Shown here in pieces: positions 1-9,214 of a DNA stretch of 46,302 bases. The DNA lies in assembly GCA_903879805.1 (NCBI GenBank), contig CAIRMX010000004.1, positions 1-46,302 on the forward strand. The letters run 5' to 3'. The stretch comes from an uncultured Alphaproteobacteria bacterium (GTDB taxonomy: Bacteria > Pseudomonadota > Alphaproteobacteria > Rickettsiales > UBA1997). Every line of letters begins with the position of its first letter. Position 1 is the stretch's first letter. The notes under the pieces are model-generated. The model searched no databases. It was not told the origin of the DNA and saw nothing but the letters and a program-made list of their open reading frames with translations. The translations under genes and the position numbers were made by a program.

Positions 1-902
1 AAAACTTGAGTAATTTTTTTCGCCAAATCCGCGGCATTTTTATTCTCAAACAACTTCCCGTCTTCATCATCTTTAATCAAAAATTTGCCGCCATCGGTGT
101 TAGATGAAATCACCAAAGTTGAAAATAAAAACCCTTCCAAAATCACTAAGCCAAAGGGTTCTTCGCGAGATGGCACGCAAAAAATATCGACATCTTCAAA
201 GAATTTCTGCTTGTTAATCACCGTGCCCACAAATTGGCATTTTTCAAAAACTTTATGCTCGCGAGCGCAATCATTAATATTAGTCCAACCGTAGTCGCGA
301 TGAGCCTCGAAGCCGCCAATTTTCAGGCGAAAATCTTGACCATTTTTTGCTAAAATTTCTGCCGCTTTCAGCAAAATATCAAAACCTTTACGCGGCTCGA
401 TTCGTCCGTACATTCCGATCACCAAAATATTTTTAATCGTTTTTGCCTGATATTTTTGATCGACCTTAATCACGTTAGAAAGCACGAAAGACTTGGCTTC
501 ATCAAAACCCGCCGCCACCACTAAATCAGAAATTTGCTGATTTATGCTAATAATAAATTGGCAATTCAGTGAATGCTTAAAACTAATACCGTGATTGATC
601 GCCACCGATTTGGTGCGAGTAAAAAATTTCAAAATTTTCATCCATTTCATCAAACGATTAGAATGGCACAAAATCACATCGGGCTTGAATGAATGAATAA
701 TCCACAAGAGATGCAAGCAATCAAAAACCTGACTAATATTTTTCAGCTTAAAGATTTTTTGTGACCCATAATCGTCGCGCCCATTATTAGAAATTAGCAG
801 CGCCACCTCGTGACCTTGCGTGGTTAAAACTTCTGAATAATCGCGAAAAACTTGATCGACTCCGCCAATATTTTGCGCGTGAATTGCGTTGAGAATTTTC
901 AT
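1..902 (-). CDS. GT4-family glycosyltransferase, 3' end runs off the window
   Basis: Absent from the ORF track because it is open at the edge. Manual translation from ATG at 902: MKILNAIHAQNIGGVDQVF...GMYGRIEPRKGFDILLKA...DIFCVPSREEPFGLVILEG, the GT4 C-terminal signature. Confidence 0.9.
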   Translation of the reverse strand, partial: MKILNAIHAQNIGGVDQVFRDYSEVLTTQGHEVALLISNNGRDDYGSQKIFKLKNISQVFDCLHLLWIIHSFKPDVILCHSNRLMKWMKILKFFTRTKSVAINHGISFKHSLNCQFIISINQQISDLVVAAGFDEAKSFVLSNVIKVDQKYQAKTIKNILVIGMYGRIEPRKGFDILLKAAEILAKNGQDFRLKIGGFEAHRDYGWTNINDCAREHKVFEKCQFVGTVINKQKFFEDVDIFCVPSREEPFGLVILEGFLFSTLVISSNTDGGKFLIKDDEDGKLFENKNAADLAKKITQV

Positions 903-906
903 AAAT

Positions 907-2535
907 TTAGTGCGATTTTGTCGCTTTTGGCGCGCAAAGATTGAAATTATTTTTAACTAAATCTGACTCAATCCCAGAGCATCCCAGCATTGAGTGAAAC
1001 ATATATTCGTGAGTAATTTTCTTCTGCGAATTTTTAGTAAAATTCGTCACCAAATTTTGATTTTCTTTTTTAAATAAATCGGACTGCCAAACAAATAGCG
1101 GCACTGAAATTTGCTCGTAAGGTTTATTGTCTGCAGCGTTACCAATCTTGCCGCCCTCGCCCAAAGAAACACCGTGATCTGGTGTAAAAAACACCATGGC
1201 ATTTTCATTAACAAAAAGGTCGATAATGTCTTCCAAAACCTTGAAGCTGTAAACTACCGAGTTCTTGTAAGAATTTTGCAACTCTTGCGTTGAACAAGCC
1301 TCCGCCCCTCTATCCACCGAACAATGCGGCGAAAATATGGCATATTCTTTGGGATATCTAAGCTCGGTGTGCCAGTGACTTCCCAGCAAATGAATCAAAA
1401 TAAATTTATCTTTTTTAGTCGAATTTTCTTCCGCAATCGCCTTCTTGATATAAGGCAACAACACATCGTCGTAATTATTATATCGGCGCATGTCGGCATT
1501 GATGTATTTTTCTTCAATCACCACGTCGGAGGATTTTGCCAAGAAAGAATAAGTAGAATCGAAATAGCCGTAGAGGCTTTGATTATCGATCCAGTAAGTG
1601 CTAAATCTCATTTTGTTAAACACGTCGATCATATTGACCGAGTTTAAAAAATTCTCCCAATTGCCGTGATCAACATCTGTCAGCAAACAAGGCACCGACT
1701 TGCGAGTGGAAGTTTCGCAAGCACTAACATCTTTAAAAAATGAGATGTTTTTATTTTGCAAAAGCTTGGGCGAAAATTGCGGCAACATCTCGTAAAAATA
1801 ATCATTACGCAAACTCTCACCAATAATCATCACCATCACCTTCGGCTTGTCGCTCTTGTTTTTGTAAGTGGTTTGACTTTTTTGAATTAGCTCAAGACTC
1901 AAACTTTTTTGAATCTTCACATCTGACTCTTTTCTGATTTTCAAATATTTCGTCACGCTACTTGAAACGCTCAAAGGCGGATAATTTCTACGCACTTTTT
2001 TCATAACAAAATCATCAGCAAAAATAATCGCAACCAGCGCCAGTAGAAGCGATAGATGAAAAGTTAAAAAAGCTTTTCCGGTGAAAGATTTTTTTCGCAA
2101 TTGAATTTTGCGGGCAAAAAAACCAAAAACCGCCGTCAGCCCCAAAACCAAAATCAGAATTTTGGTGCTGAGATATTCAAAGGTCAGACTGTTGATATTT
2201 TCCAGCATGTCGCTGATCACCCAAGCATCAATATTTTTGCCGAAAGAAACAAAAAAATATGCCACTACAATTGAGGATAAGAAACAAATCAGCCACAGCA
2301 CCAAACCAACAACACCAAGCGATAGCAGCCCCAGCGCAAAGAAATATTGCACCACGCAAACTGCAAAAATCTCGAGGGCAATTTTAAAAAAGTGAAAATT
2401 TTCACTCACCGTAACGAATGATCCGTGATAAAACTTAATCGCGATTGGAACACTGGTAATAAGACTTGAAAGCAGCGAGAGCGCTAAAATTAAAATCCAA
2501 TGCTTGCAGCTTTTTAATTTGCTAAAAATTTTCAT
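907..2535 (-). CDS. Phosphoethanolamine transferase-like protein (EptA/MCR, alkaline phosphatase superfamily) with divergent active site
   Basis: N-terminal multi-TM region, then IGESLR, CETSTRKSVPC (Thr nucleophile), HLLGSH and DHG motifs. Confidence 0.85.
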   Translation of the reverse strand: MKIFSKLKSCKHWILILALSLLSSLITSVPIAIKFYHGSFVTVSENFHFFKIALEIFAVCVVQYFFALGLLSLGVVGLVLWLICFLSSIVVAYFFVSFGKNIDAWVISDMLENINSLTFEYLSTKILILVLGLTAVFGFFARKIQLRKKSFTGKAFLTFHLSLLLALVAIIFADDFVMKKVRRNYPPLSVSSSVTKYLKIRKESDVKIQKSLSLELIQKSQTTYKNKSDKPKVMVMIIGESLRNDYFYEMLPQFSPKLLQNKNISFFKDVSACETSTRKSVPCLLTDVDHGNWENFLNSVNMIDVFNKMRFSTYWIDNQSLYGYFDSTYSFLAKSSDVVIEEKYINADMRRYNNYDDVLLPYIKKAIAEENSTKKDKFILIHLLGSHWHTELRYPKEYAIFSPHCSVDRGAEACSTQELQNSYKNSVVYSFKVLEDIIDLFVNENAMVFFTPDHGVSLGEGGKIGNAADNKPYEQISVPLFVWQSDLFKKENQNLVTNFTKNSQKKITHEYMFHSMLGCSGIESDLVKNNFNLCAPKATKSH

Positions 2536-2588
2536 TTGCAGAATTTGGTGTTGGATAAAGACATATAAAATATCTCAAAAATTTCAAA

Positions 2589-3629
2589 ATGAAAAACATC
2601 CTGCAAACAATCAATTACCAATATCCCAAACCGGTTAATTTTGACGAAAATGATCCGTCTTTTGAGATTTTTAGAAATGTTGCCGACGAAAATTGCGTCG
2701 AGCCCAAAATTGAAATTTTAAAAAATGTGCGAATCAGCACCAATTCAGTGATCTTTACTTATTTTAAAATTTTTAAAGAAAGCTGCATCACGCCAGAAAA
2801 TTACGAAAAATATCAAAAAGGATTCAAATTTTTTCTAAAATTTATTTTCCCGAAATTTAATTTTAGCAAAAAAAGATTCATCCTCATCACCGACGAATGG
2901 ACCAGCAATTACTACCATTGGCACACTTTTGCTTTGAAAAAGCTTTTGATCTTAAAGGAAAAAAATCTGCTGGAAAATTCGCTGCTACTTTTGCCAAAAA
3001 AATATCTTCAATATTCTTTCGCTTTGCCCTCGCTTGCAAAATTCGGCATTAGCAAAAACCAGATCGTGTTTTTACCAAAAAAATCCAATATCAAAGTTGC
3101 TGAAATGCCTTTAGTTACACAGCCGCGTCAGCATCCTGAAATGTTTCGTGAAATTCGCGATACTTTGCTTTCTGATCTTTTGACAAGCGATTTTGGCTTT
3201 GGTGAAAAAATTTACATCTCGCGCGAAAAACAAGTTTTGCGCTTCGTCGAAAACGAAGCAGAAGTTTTGACGTTGCTTGAAAAATTCGGTTTCAAAAAAA
3301 TCATCGCCGAAGATTTTTCTTACGACGAACAATTAGCAATTTTCTCCAAAGCAAAATTTCTCGTTGCCCCCCACGGAGCCGGAATTACCAATGTCTTATT
3401 CATGAAAAAAGGTGGCGCGATTTTGGAAATGACCACACCGCAAAAGCCCGAATCTTTTAACAAAGATTTTTACACATTAGCTTCAATGCTCGAGCTAAAA
3501 TATTTTTACCAACAATGCGCCATCGGTCCACGCAGCAAAGTGCGCGATCATCACCAATCAAGTTTGGTGGTTGATTTAGCCCGATTAGAAAAAAATTTAA
3601 ACCTCATGATGCAATGCCAAATATCCTAA
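2589..3629 (+). CDS. Glycosyltransferase family 61 (DUF563)
   Basis: NYYHW, IYISR, R-x-x-x-NE and APHGAGITN motifs. Confidence 0.85.
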   Translation: MKNILQTINYQYPKPVNFDENDPSFEIFRNVADENCVEPKIEILKNVRISTNSVIFTYFKIFKESCITPENYEKYQKGFKFFLKFIFPKFNFSKKRFILITDEWTSNYYHWHTFALKKLLILKEKNLLENSLLLLPKKYLQYSFALPSLAKFGISKNQIVFLPKKSNIKVAEMPLVTQPRQHPEMFREIRDTLLSDLLTSDFGFGEKIYISREKQVLRFVENEAEVLTLLEKFGFKKIIAEDFSYDEQLAIFSKAKFLVAPHGAGITNVLFMKKGGAILEMTTPQKPESFNKDFYTLASMLELKYFYQQCAIGPRSKVRDHHQSSLVVDLARLEKNLNLMMQCQIS

Positions 3630-4399
3630 AAGACCGCGCCTTAATTGAGATTGCCGGAGAAGACCGCAAAAAATTTCTCCAAGGCCTCATCACAAATGAT
3701 GTTAATAAAGCCTCTGAACAAAAACTGATTTACTCAGCAATGCTCAATTCTCAGGGGCGCTTTCTTTACGATTTATTTATTTTTGAAATTGGCGATAAGC
3801 TAATGCTCGATTGCTTTGCCACGCGTCGCGATGAGATTTTTCAAAAACTCAATTTCTACAAATTGCGCTCGAAAGTGACACTTACCAAAAACGATGAGTT
3901 GGCGGTAACTCAAGATTTTTCTCAAGGCCAATTTGCCGATCCACGCCATTTAGAATTAGGGTTTCGCACTTACTCCAACAGCACTTCTCAAATTTCAGAA
4001 AACTCTTACCACGCCAAACGCATCACACTAAAAATCCCCGAAAGCGAGCATGATTTAACTTACGAAAAATCATTCATTTTGGAATTTGGTTTTGACGATT
4101 TAAACGCCATCGATTACCAAAAAGGTTGCTACGTTGGACAAGAGCTAACAGCGCGCACGCACTACATGGGACAAATTCGCAAAAAACTTTTTCACATCAA
4201 AATTGATGGCGAAATTGCGCCGGAAAAAAACTCGGAAATCACTTGCGATGCAAAACCCGCTGGCCTAATTCTGTCTTCAACTTTTCTTGAATCACAACTT
4301 CACGCTCTAGCTCTAATCAAACTTCCTGACGACATTAATTTTGACGATTTTTCGCAAAAACTAAAGTTTGAGAGCTATAAAATTTTCATCGCAAGCTAA
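3614..4399 (+). CDS. ygfZ: YgfZ/CAF17 folate-binding Fe-S cluster maturation protein
   Basis: FLQGLITND and KGCYVGQE signature. Confidence 0.93.
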   Translation: MPNILKDRALIEIAGEDRKKFLQGLITNDVNKASEQKLIYSAMLNSQGRFLYDLFIFEIGDKLMLDCFATRRDEIFQKLNFYKLRSKVTLTKNDELAVTQDFSQGQFADPRHLELGFRTYSNSTSQISENSYHAKRITLKIPESEHDLTYEKSFILEFGFDDLNAIDYQKGCYVGQELTARTHYMGQIRKKLFHIKIDGEIAPEKNSEITCDAKPAGLILSSTFLESQLHALALIKLPDDINFDDFSQKLKFESYKIFIAS

Positions 4400-5328
4400 T
4401 GCAAATCTATTTACCAATCGCCGAAATTCCGGTTAATATCATTTTGATTTTGCTACTCGGACTCATGACTGGCTTCCTCGCCGGCATGTTTGGAATTGGC
4501 GGCGGCTTTTTAGCAACACCACTTTTGATGTTCATCGGAATTCCCCCAGCAATTGCCGTTTCAACTTCGACCAACCAAATCATCGCCTCTTCAGTTTCAG
4601 GACTTCTGGGCCATTTACGCAAAGGCAATGTCGATCTCAAGATGGGGATGTTTCTCGTCATTGGAGGCTTCTTCGGCTCGTCATTTGGCGTGACTATTTT
4701 CAAACTTTTGCAAAAAACCGGTCACACTGAAATTGTGGTATCGCTGATTTACGTTCTGTTTCTAGGCTCGATCAGCATCACCATGTTAATCGACAGCATC
4801 AAAACTCTGGTCACCAAAAAATACGGCATCACTTGGGAAAAAAGCAAAAACAGCAAAATGGCCAAGTTTTTAACCAAAATTGACCGCCTGCCTTGGCAGC
4901 AAGAATTTCCTAAATCTGGCATTAAGATCAGCGTTATCGTGCCAATAGTTTTAAGTGTCGGCATCGGCATTTTGGTTTCTTTGATGGGAATTGGTGGCGG
5001 ATTTTTAATGATTCCGGCAATGATCTACATTCTACGCATGCCGTCCGCCGTGGTAGTTGGCACCTCACTTTTTCAAATCATTTTCATCGCCAGCAACGCC
5101 ACTTTTTTACAAGCCGTAACCAACAACACTGTCGATATCGTCTTAGCTTTTTTAATGATTATCAGCTCGGCAATCGGCGCTCAAATTGGCACCCGCTCGG
5201 TTTACAAATTTGACGCTGACAGCATGAGAATTTTCCTCTCAATGCTAATTCTCGGCGTCTGCTTAAAAATACTTTTCACTCTGCTTGCAGCACCCGAAAG
5301 CCTTTACACAATTGAGTTTTTGAAATGA
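4399..5328 (+). CDS. TauE/SafE family permease
   Basis: MQIYLPIAE start, two GxGGGF repeats, hydrophobic; paired with the TIGR02186 gene as usual in Alphaproteobacteria. Confidence 0.9.
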   Translation: MQIYLPIAEIPVNIILILLLGLMTGFLAGMFGIGGGFLATPLLMFIGIPPAIAVSTSTNQIIASSVSGLLGHLRKGNVDLKMGMFLVIGGFFGSSFGVTIFKLLQKTGHTEIVVSLIYVLFLGSISITMLIDSIKTLVTKKYGITWEKSKNSKMAKFLTKIDRLPWQQEFPKSGIKISVIVPIVLSVGIGILVSLMGIGGGFLMIPAMIYILRMPSAVVVGTSLFQIIFIASNATFLQAVTNNTVDIVLAFLMIISSAIGAQIGTRSVYKFDADSMRIFLSMLILGVCLKILFTLLAAPESLYTIEFLK

Positions 5329-6062
5329 GAAAAATTTTTCTAATCACATTTTTATTTTTCATCAGCGGCGGCGCTTTTGCCAACCCAATCATTTCAGGCA
5401 TTTCCACCAACGAAATTAACATCGACACCAAATTTCAAGGCGCAAAAATTTTGCTTTTTGGCGCCAAAGGTGATGCCGGAAACGTTGTGGTTGCAGTGCG
5501 CGGCCCCAAGAAAAACTTTGTTGTTACCAAAAAACAAAAGCTTCTGGGCATTTGGTACAATGGCGAAAGAGTGAAGTTTAAAAACTCTTACAGCTTTTAC
5601 TCACTATTCTCCACCTTCAACGACCAAGAGCCGATTGACCAGCTTTTGAAAGAATTGGAACTCGGCAAAAATAATCTCGAATTCAACACTTTCGGCAAAG
5701 TTGCCGAAAAGAAAAAAAATGACTTTCAACTGCAATTAATTGAGCGCTTAGAAAAAAATCAGCTCTACACGGCGGGCGCCAGCAAGGTTGATTTTCTTGA
5801 TGAGACGCTTTTCAAAGTGATGCTCGACTTCCCGAAAAACATCACGCGCGGCGTTTACACCGTGGAAATTTATTTGATTAATGACAGCGCCCTTTTGTCA
5901 TTTCAATCAATCCCAATTTACGTAAATCAAGTTGGATTCAGCGCGCAAGTTCTCGACTTCGCCTATCAGCAATCCTTTTTGTACGGCTTACTGGCAATCG
6001 CAATCGCGCTTGTTGTAGGCTGGCTCGCTAACTATCTCTTTGCACGTTTCATCGGAAAATAA
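5325..6062 (+). CDS. TIGR02186 family (Trans_memb_alph) membrane protein
   Basis: Signal peptide, FQGAKILLFGA, VRGP, GIW motifs, C-terminal TM; ATGA overlap with the TauE gene. Confidence 0.85.
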   Translation: MRKIFLITFLFFISGGAFANPIISGISTNEINIDTKFQGAKILLFGAKGDAGNVVVAVRGPKKNFVVTKKQKLLGIWYNGERVKFKNSYSFYSLFSTFNDQEPIDQLLKELELGKNNLEFNTFGKVAEKKKNDFQLQLIERLEKNQLYTAGASKVDFLDETLFKVMLDFPKNITRGVYTVEIYLINDSALLSFQSIPIYVNQVGFSAQVLDFAYQQSFLYGLLAIAIALVVGWLANYLFARFIGK

Positions 6063-6078
6063 TTAAGAAAAACTACTT

Positions 6079-6561
6079 ATGGCCAAAATTCACAATGACG
6101 AAAAAACACCGGTTATTATCGTCTGCATCGACACCACTAATGCCTCAGAAACTGCATTGCGCTACGCTTGCTACAAGGCTAAAAATAGTGGGTTTTCGGT
6201 GCAAATTTTGGCTGTAATGGAAGCCTCTCACAAAAATCTACTTTTCGCCTCACGCGCCATCGGCAATGAAAAAAGGAGGGAATTAGAAGATCATCTAAAA
6301 AAATTGATCGATTCTAACTTTAAAGAAACCGGCGTGATGCCCAGCGTTTCAGTGCGTGAAGGCGACATTGTTGCAGAAATTATTCGCGAGATTAAATCGA
6401 CCTCCAACTGCGCCATGCTTGTATTTGGCAAGTCGCATAATTCACTGAGCGACAATACAGTTTTACCAAAAGTTGTGAAAAAACTGGGCAATAAAATCAT
6501 CGTTCCCGTGGCAATTATTCCGGAAAATTTAAGCAACGAATTTTTGACTAAGTTGGTTTAA
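6079..6561 (+). CDS. Universal stress protein
   Basis: IIVCIDTT...ALRYA start, REGD, MLVFG, IVPVAIIP USP-fold pattern. Confidence 0.8.
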   Translation: MAKIHNDEKTPVIIVCIDTTNASETALRYACYKAKNSGFSVQILAVMEASHKNLLFASRAIGNEKRRELEDHLKKLIDSNFKETGVMPSVSVREGDIVAEIIREIKSTSNCAMLVFGKSHNSLSDNTVLPKVVKKLGNKIIVPVAIIPENLSNEFLTKLV

Positions 6562-6593
6562 AGTTTAGCGATCTAACAAACTCCACTCATTTC

Positions 6594-8168
6594 ATGACCT
6601 TATTTCGCTCCGTATTTACCATCTCTTTCTACATCTCAATCTCACGCATTCTCGGCTTCATTCGCGACATCACAATCGCGCAATATATTGGCGTTAGCAT
6701 GCTCTCCGACGCCTTTTTTGCTGCCTTTCGCTTGCCTAACTTTTTCCGCCGCATCTTTGCTGAAGGAGCTTTCAACTCAGCCTTCGTACCGATTTTTATC
6801 GAGAAACTGCAAGACCAAAAAAATGGCAAAGCAGCCGAAGGCGCCGAGCTACTTTTCGTGCGCAATATTTTCTCGCTGCTCTTTTACGCCTTGCTAGTTT
6901 TCACCATCATCTTCCAACTTTTCATGCCATTTTTCATGAAAGTTTTATTTCCCGGTTTCTTCACCGACCCAGAAAAATCAACCCTTCTCATCACACTTTC
7001 GCGCATCACAATTTTTTATCTGATCTTCATTTCACTAGTTTCACTTTGCTCGGGCATTCTTAATTCAATTAGCAAATTCGCGGTTCCGGCCTCAGCCCCA
7101 ATCGTTTTGAATTTAACATTAATTGCTTCAGTTTTTGCTTTTGGCGCCATGGTTCCAAACTACGCCTACGCACTTTCTTGGGGCGTTTTTCTTGCCGGCA
7201 TTTTACAATTTATTTGGGTCTTTTTCTTCACGGTTAAATCAGGATTTTTGCTTTATCCGCAAATGCCAAAATTTAATACCGACATGAAAAAGTTTTTCAA
7301 AAAACTAATTCCCGGCATCATCGGCGGCAACGTGATGCAGATTAACCTGTTGGTTGATTCAATCTTTGCCAGCATGATTGCGGGGGCTGTTTCTTACCTC
7401 TATTACGCCGACCGCATCAACCAATTGCCTCTCGCCATGATTGGCATTGCGATAGGTGTGGCGCTTCTTCCCGCTCTTTCACGCAAAATCAAAGCTGACG
7501 ATGGAGATGGTGCAATAAAGTTACAAAACATGGCGCTAGAAGTTGGCTTGATCTTGGTAATCCCCGCCACTCTAGCTTTGACAGTGCTTGCCTATCCAAT
7601 CATCTCGTCACTTTTTGAGCGCGGAAAATTTACTTCCGACGAAAGTTTCTTCGTTGCCAAAGCTCTGATGTTTTACTCTTTCGGTCTTCCCTCTTACGTT
7701 TTAGTAAAAGTGATGGAACCCGCATTCTTCTCGCGCGGCGACACTAAAACCCCAATGAAAATCGCTTTTGTTTGCTTGATTACTAACGGCGCTTTTAACG
7801 CAATTTTCTTCTACATGGGCTTTGGTTATGTCGGCATTGTAATGGCTTCAATCATCTCAACTTACCTCAATTTAACCATCCTCACCACCACTCTAATTCG
7901 CCAAAAACATTTCTATTTTGAAAAAGATTTCGCCAAAAAAATGGTGTTGATTTTAATCCCATCATTTTTGATGGCAGCCGCGCTATTTATGATGCGCGAG
8001 CATTTTGCTCAAAGCGAATCTTTAGGAAAAATTGCTGAACTCACCATCATGATTTTAGTCGGATTACTTGTTTACGGTGTTGCTGCATTCTTCTCTGGCA
8101 GTCTAAATATTTTGCTGAAATCGAATCTCTTAAAAAGGAAAAAAAATGACATTGTCCCAAGCGCTTAG
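6594..8168 (+). CDS. murJ: Lipid II flippase MurJ
   Basis: SRILGFIRD, AFRLPNFFRRIFAEGAF, YYADRINQLP. Confidence 0.97.
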   Translation: MTLFRSVFTISFYISISRILGFIRDITIAQYIGVSMLSDAFFAAFRLPNFFRRIFAEGAFNSAFVPIFIEKLQDQKNGKAAEGAELLFVRNIFSLLFYALLVFTIIFQLFMPFFMKVLFPGFFTDPEKSTLLITLSRITIFYLIFISLVSLCSGILNSISKFAVPASAPIVLNLTLIASVFAFGAMVPNYAYALSWGVFLAGILQFIWVFFFTVKSGFLLYPQMPKFNTDMKKFFKKLIPGIIGGNVMQINLLVDSIFASMIAGAVSYLYYADRINQLPLAMIGIAIGVALLPALSRKIKADDGDGAIKLQNMALEVGLILVIPATLALTVLAYPIISSLFERGKFTSDESFFVAKALMFYSFGLPSYVLVKVMEPAFFSRGDTKTPMKIAFVCLITNGAFNAIFFYMGFGYVGIVMASIISTYLNLTILTTTLIRQKHFYFEKDFAKKMVLILIPSFLMAAALFMMREHFAQSESLGKIAELTIMILVGLLVYGVAAFFSGSLNILLKSNLLKRKKNDIVPSA

Positions 8169-9210
8169 CGCCACACCCTGCCCTTATTTTGAGGCATGTG
8201 GTGGTTGTGATTTCCTAGATTTGAGTGAAGAAAATTATCAGGAACTTAAGAAAAAAAACCTCGGAGAAAATTATAAAGATGCTAGCTGGATCTGGGTTGG
8301 ACCGCATTCGCGCCGCAAAATAAATCTACAAATCGGTGCTAAAAATCAGATCGGATTTTTCGCTAAAAAATCGAAAGACTTAGCTGAAATTGAAAGTTGC
8401 TTTGTTTCTGAAAAAGCAATTTCTGATTTGATTTTGCCGCTGAAAAATTTGCTAAAAACTCAAGATCAAAATCTTTTCACCCAAATCTCCGTCACCTTAT
8501 TTGACAATGGTTTAGACCTAATTTTTGCTGCAAAGAAAGAGTTAAATTTTTCTCAAACTCAAAAACTTTTGCATTTTGGCCAAGAAAAAAATCTCAATAT
8601 TTCTTACCGCATTAAAGATCACGTCGCACCGATTTTTATCACGCGCAAAAACCAAATTTTTTATCCTGATTTTAAAGTTGATTTAGGTTCTGAAATATTC
8701 ATTCAAGCAACCAAGACGGGACTCGCCAGCATCACCAAAATCATTCGCGATTTTTTAGGGCAGAATAAAAACATCAAAAACATCGTCGATATTTACGCTG
8801 GTTTTGGCGCTTATTCTTTTGCCACAATTGATTTAGCAAAATCGATTTTTGCTTTTGAGGGTGACGAAAAAATGGTCAATGCCATCAATAAAAACGCTGC
8901 TGCAAACGGCATTGCCAATAAATTAAAAGCTGAAGTTTGCGACTTGTTTGCTAGCCCCGTTCACAAACGCGATCTCAATCATTTTGATTTAGCCATCATC
9001 AATCCACCAAGAAACGGTGCCTCGCCGCAGATTTTAGAAATTTCAAAATCTTTGCTAAAAAATGTCATTTACGTTTCTTGCAATCCCGAAAGTTTTGCTC
9101 GTGATTCTAAGATTCTAATTGACTCGGGATTTAAGATTACAAATCTCACTGCCCTTGACCAGTTTTACTCTACCAAGCATTTAGAGCTTATCGCAATTTT
9201 TCAAAAATAG
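8146..9210 (+). CDS. 23S rRNA m5U methyltransferase, RlmD/RlmC family, no TRAM domain
   Basis: CPYFEACGGC Fe-S motif, FIQA, NPPRNG, YVSCNP, DQF...HLE. Confidence 0.85.
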   Translation: MTLSQALSATPCPYFEACGGCDFLDLSEENYQELKKKNLGENYKDASWIWVGPHSRRKINLQIGAKNQIGFFAKKSKDLAEIESCFVSEKAISDLILPLKNLLKTQDQNLFTQISVTLFDNGLDLIFAAKKELNFSQTQKLLHFGQEKNLNISYRIKDHVAPIFITRKNQIFYPDFKVDLGSEIFIQATKTGLASITKIIRDFLGQNKNIKNIVDIYAGFGAYSFATIDLAKSIFAFEGDEKMVNAINKNAAANGIANKLKAEVCDLFASPVHKRDLNHFDLAIINPPRNGASPQILEISKSLLKNVIYVSCNPESFARDSKILIDSGFKITNLTALDQFYSTKHLELIAIFQK

Positions 9211-9214
9211 ATTT

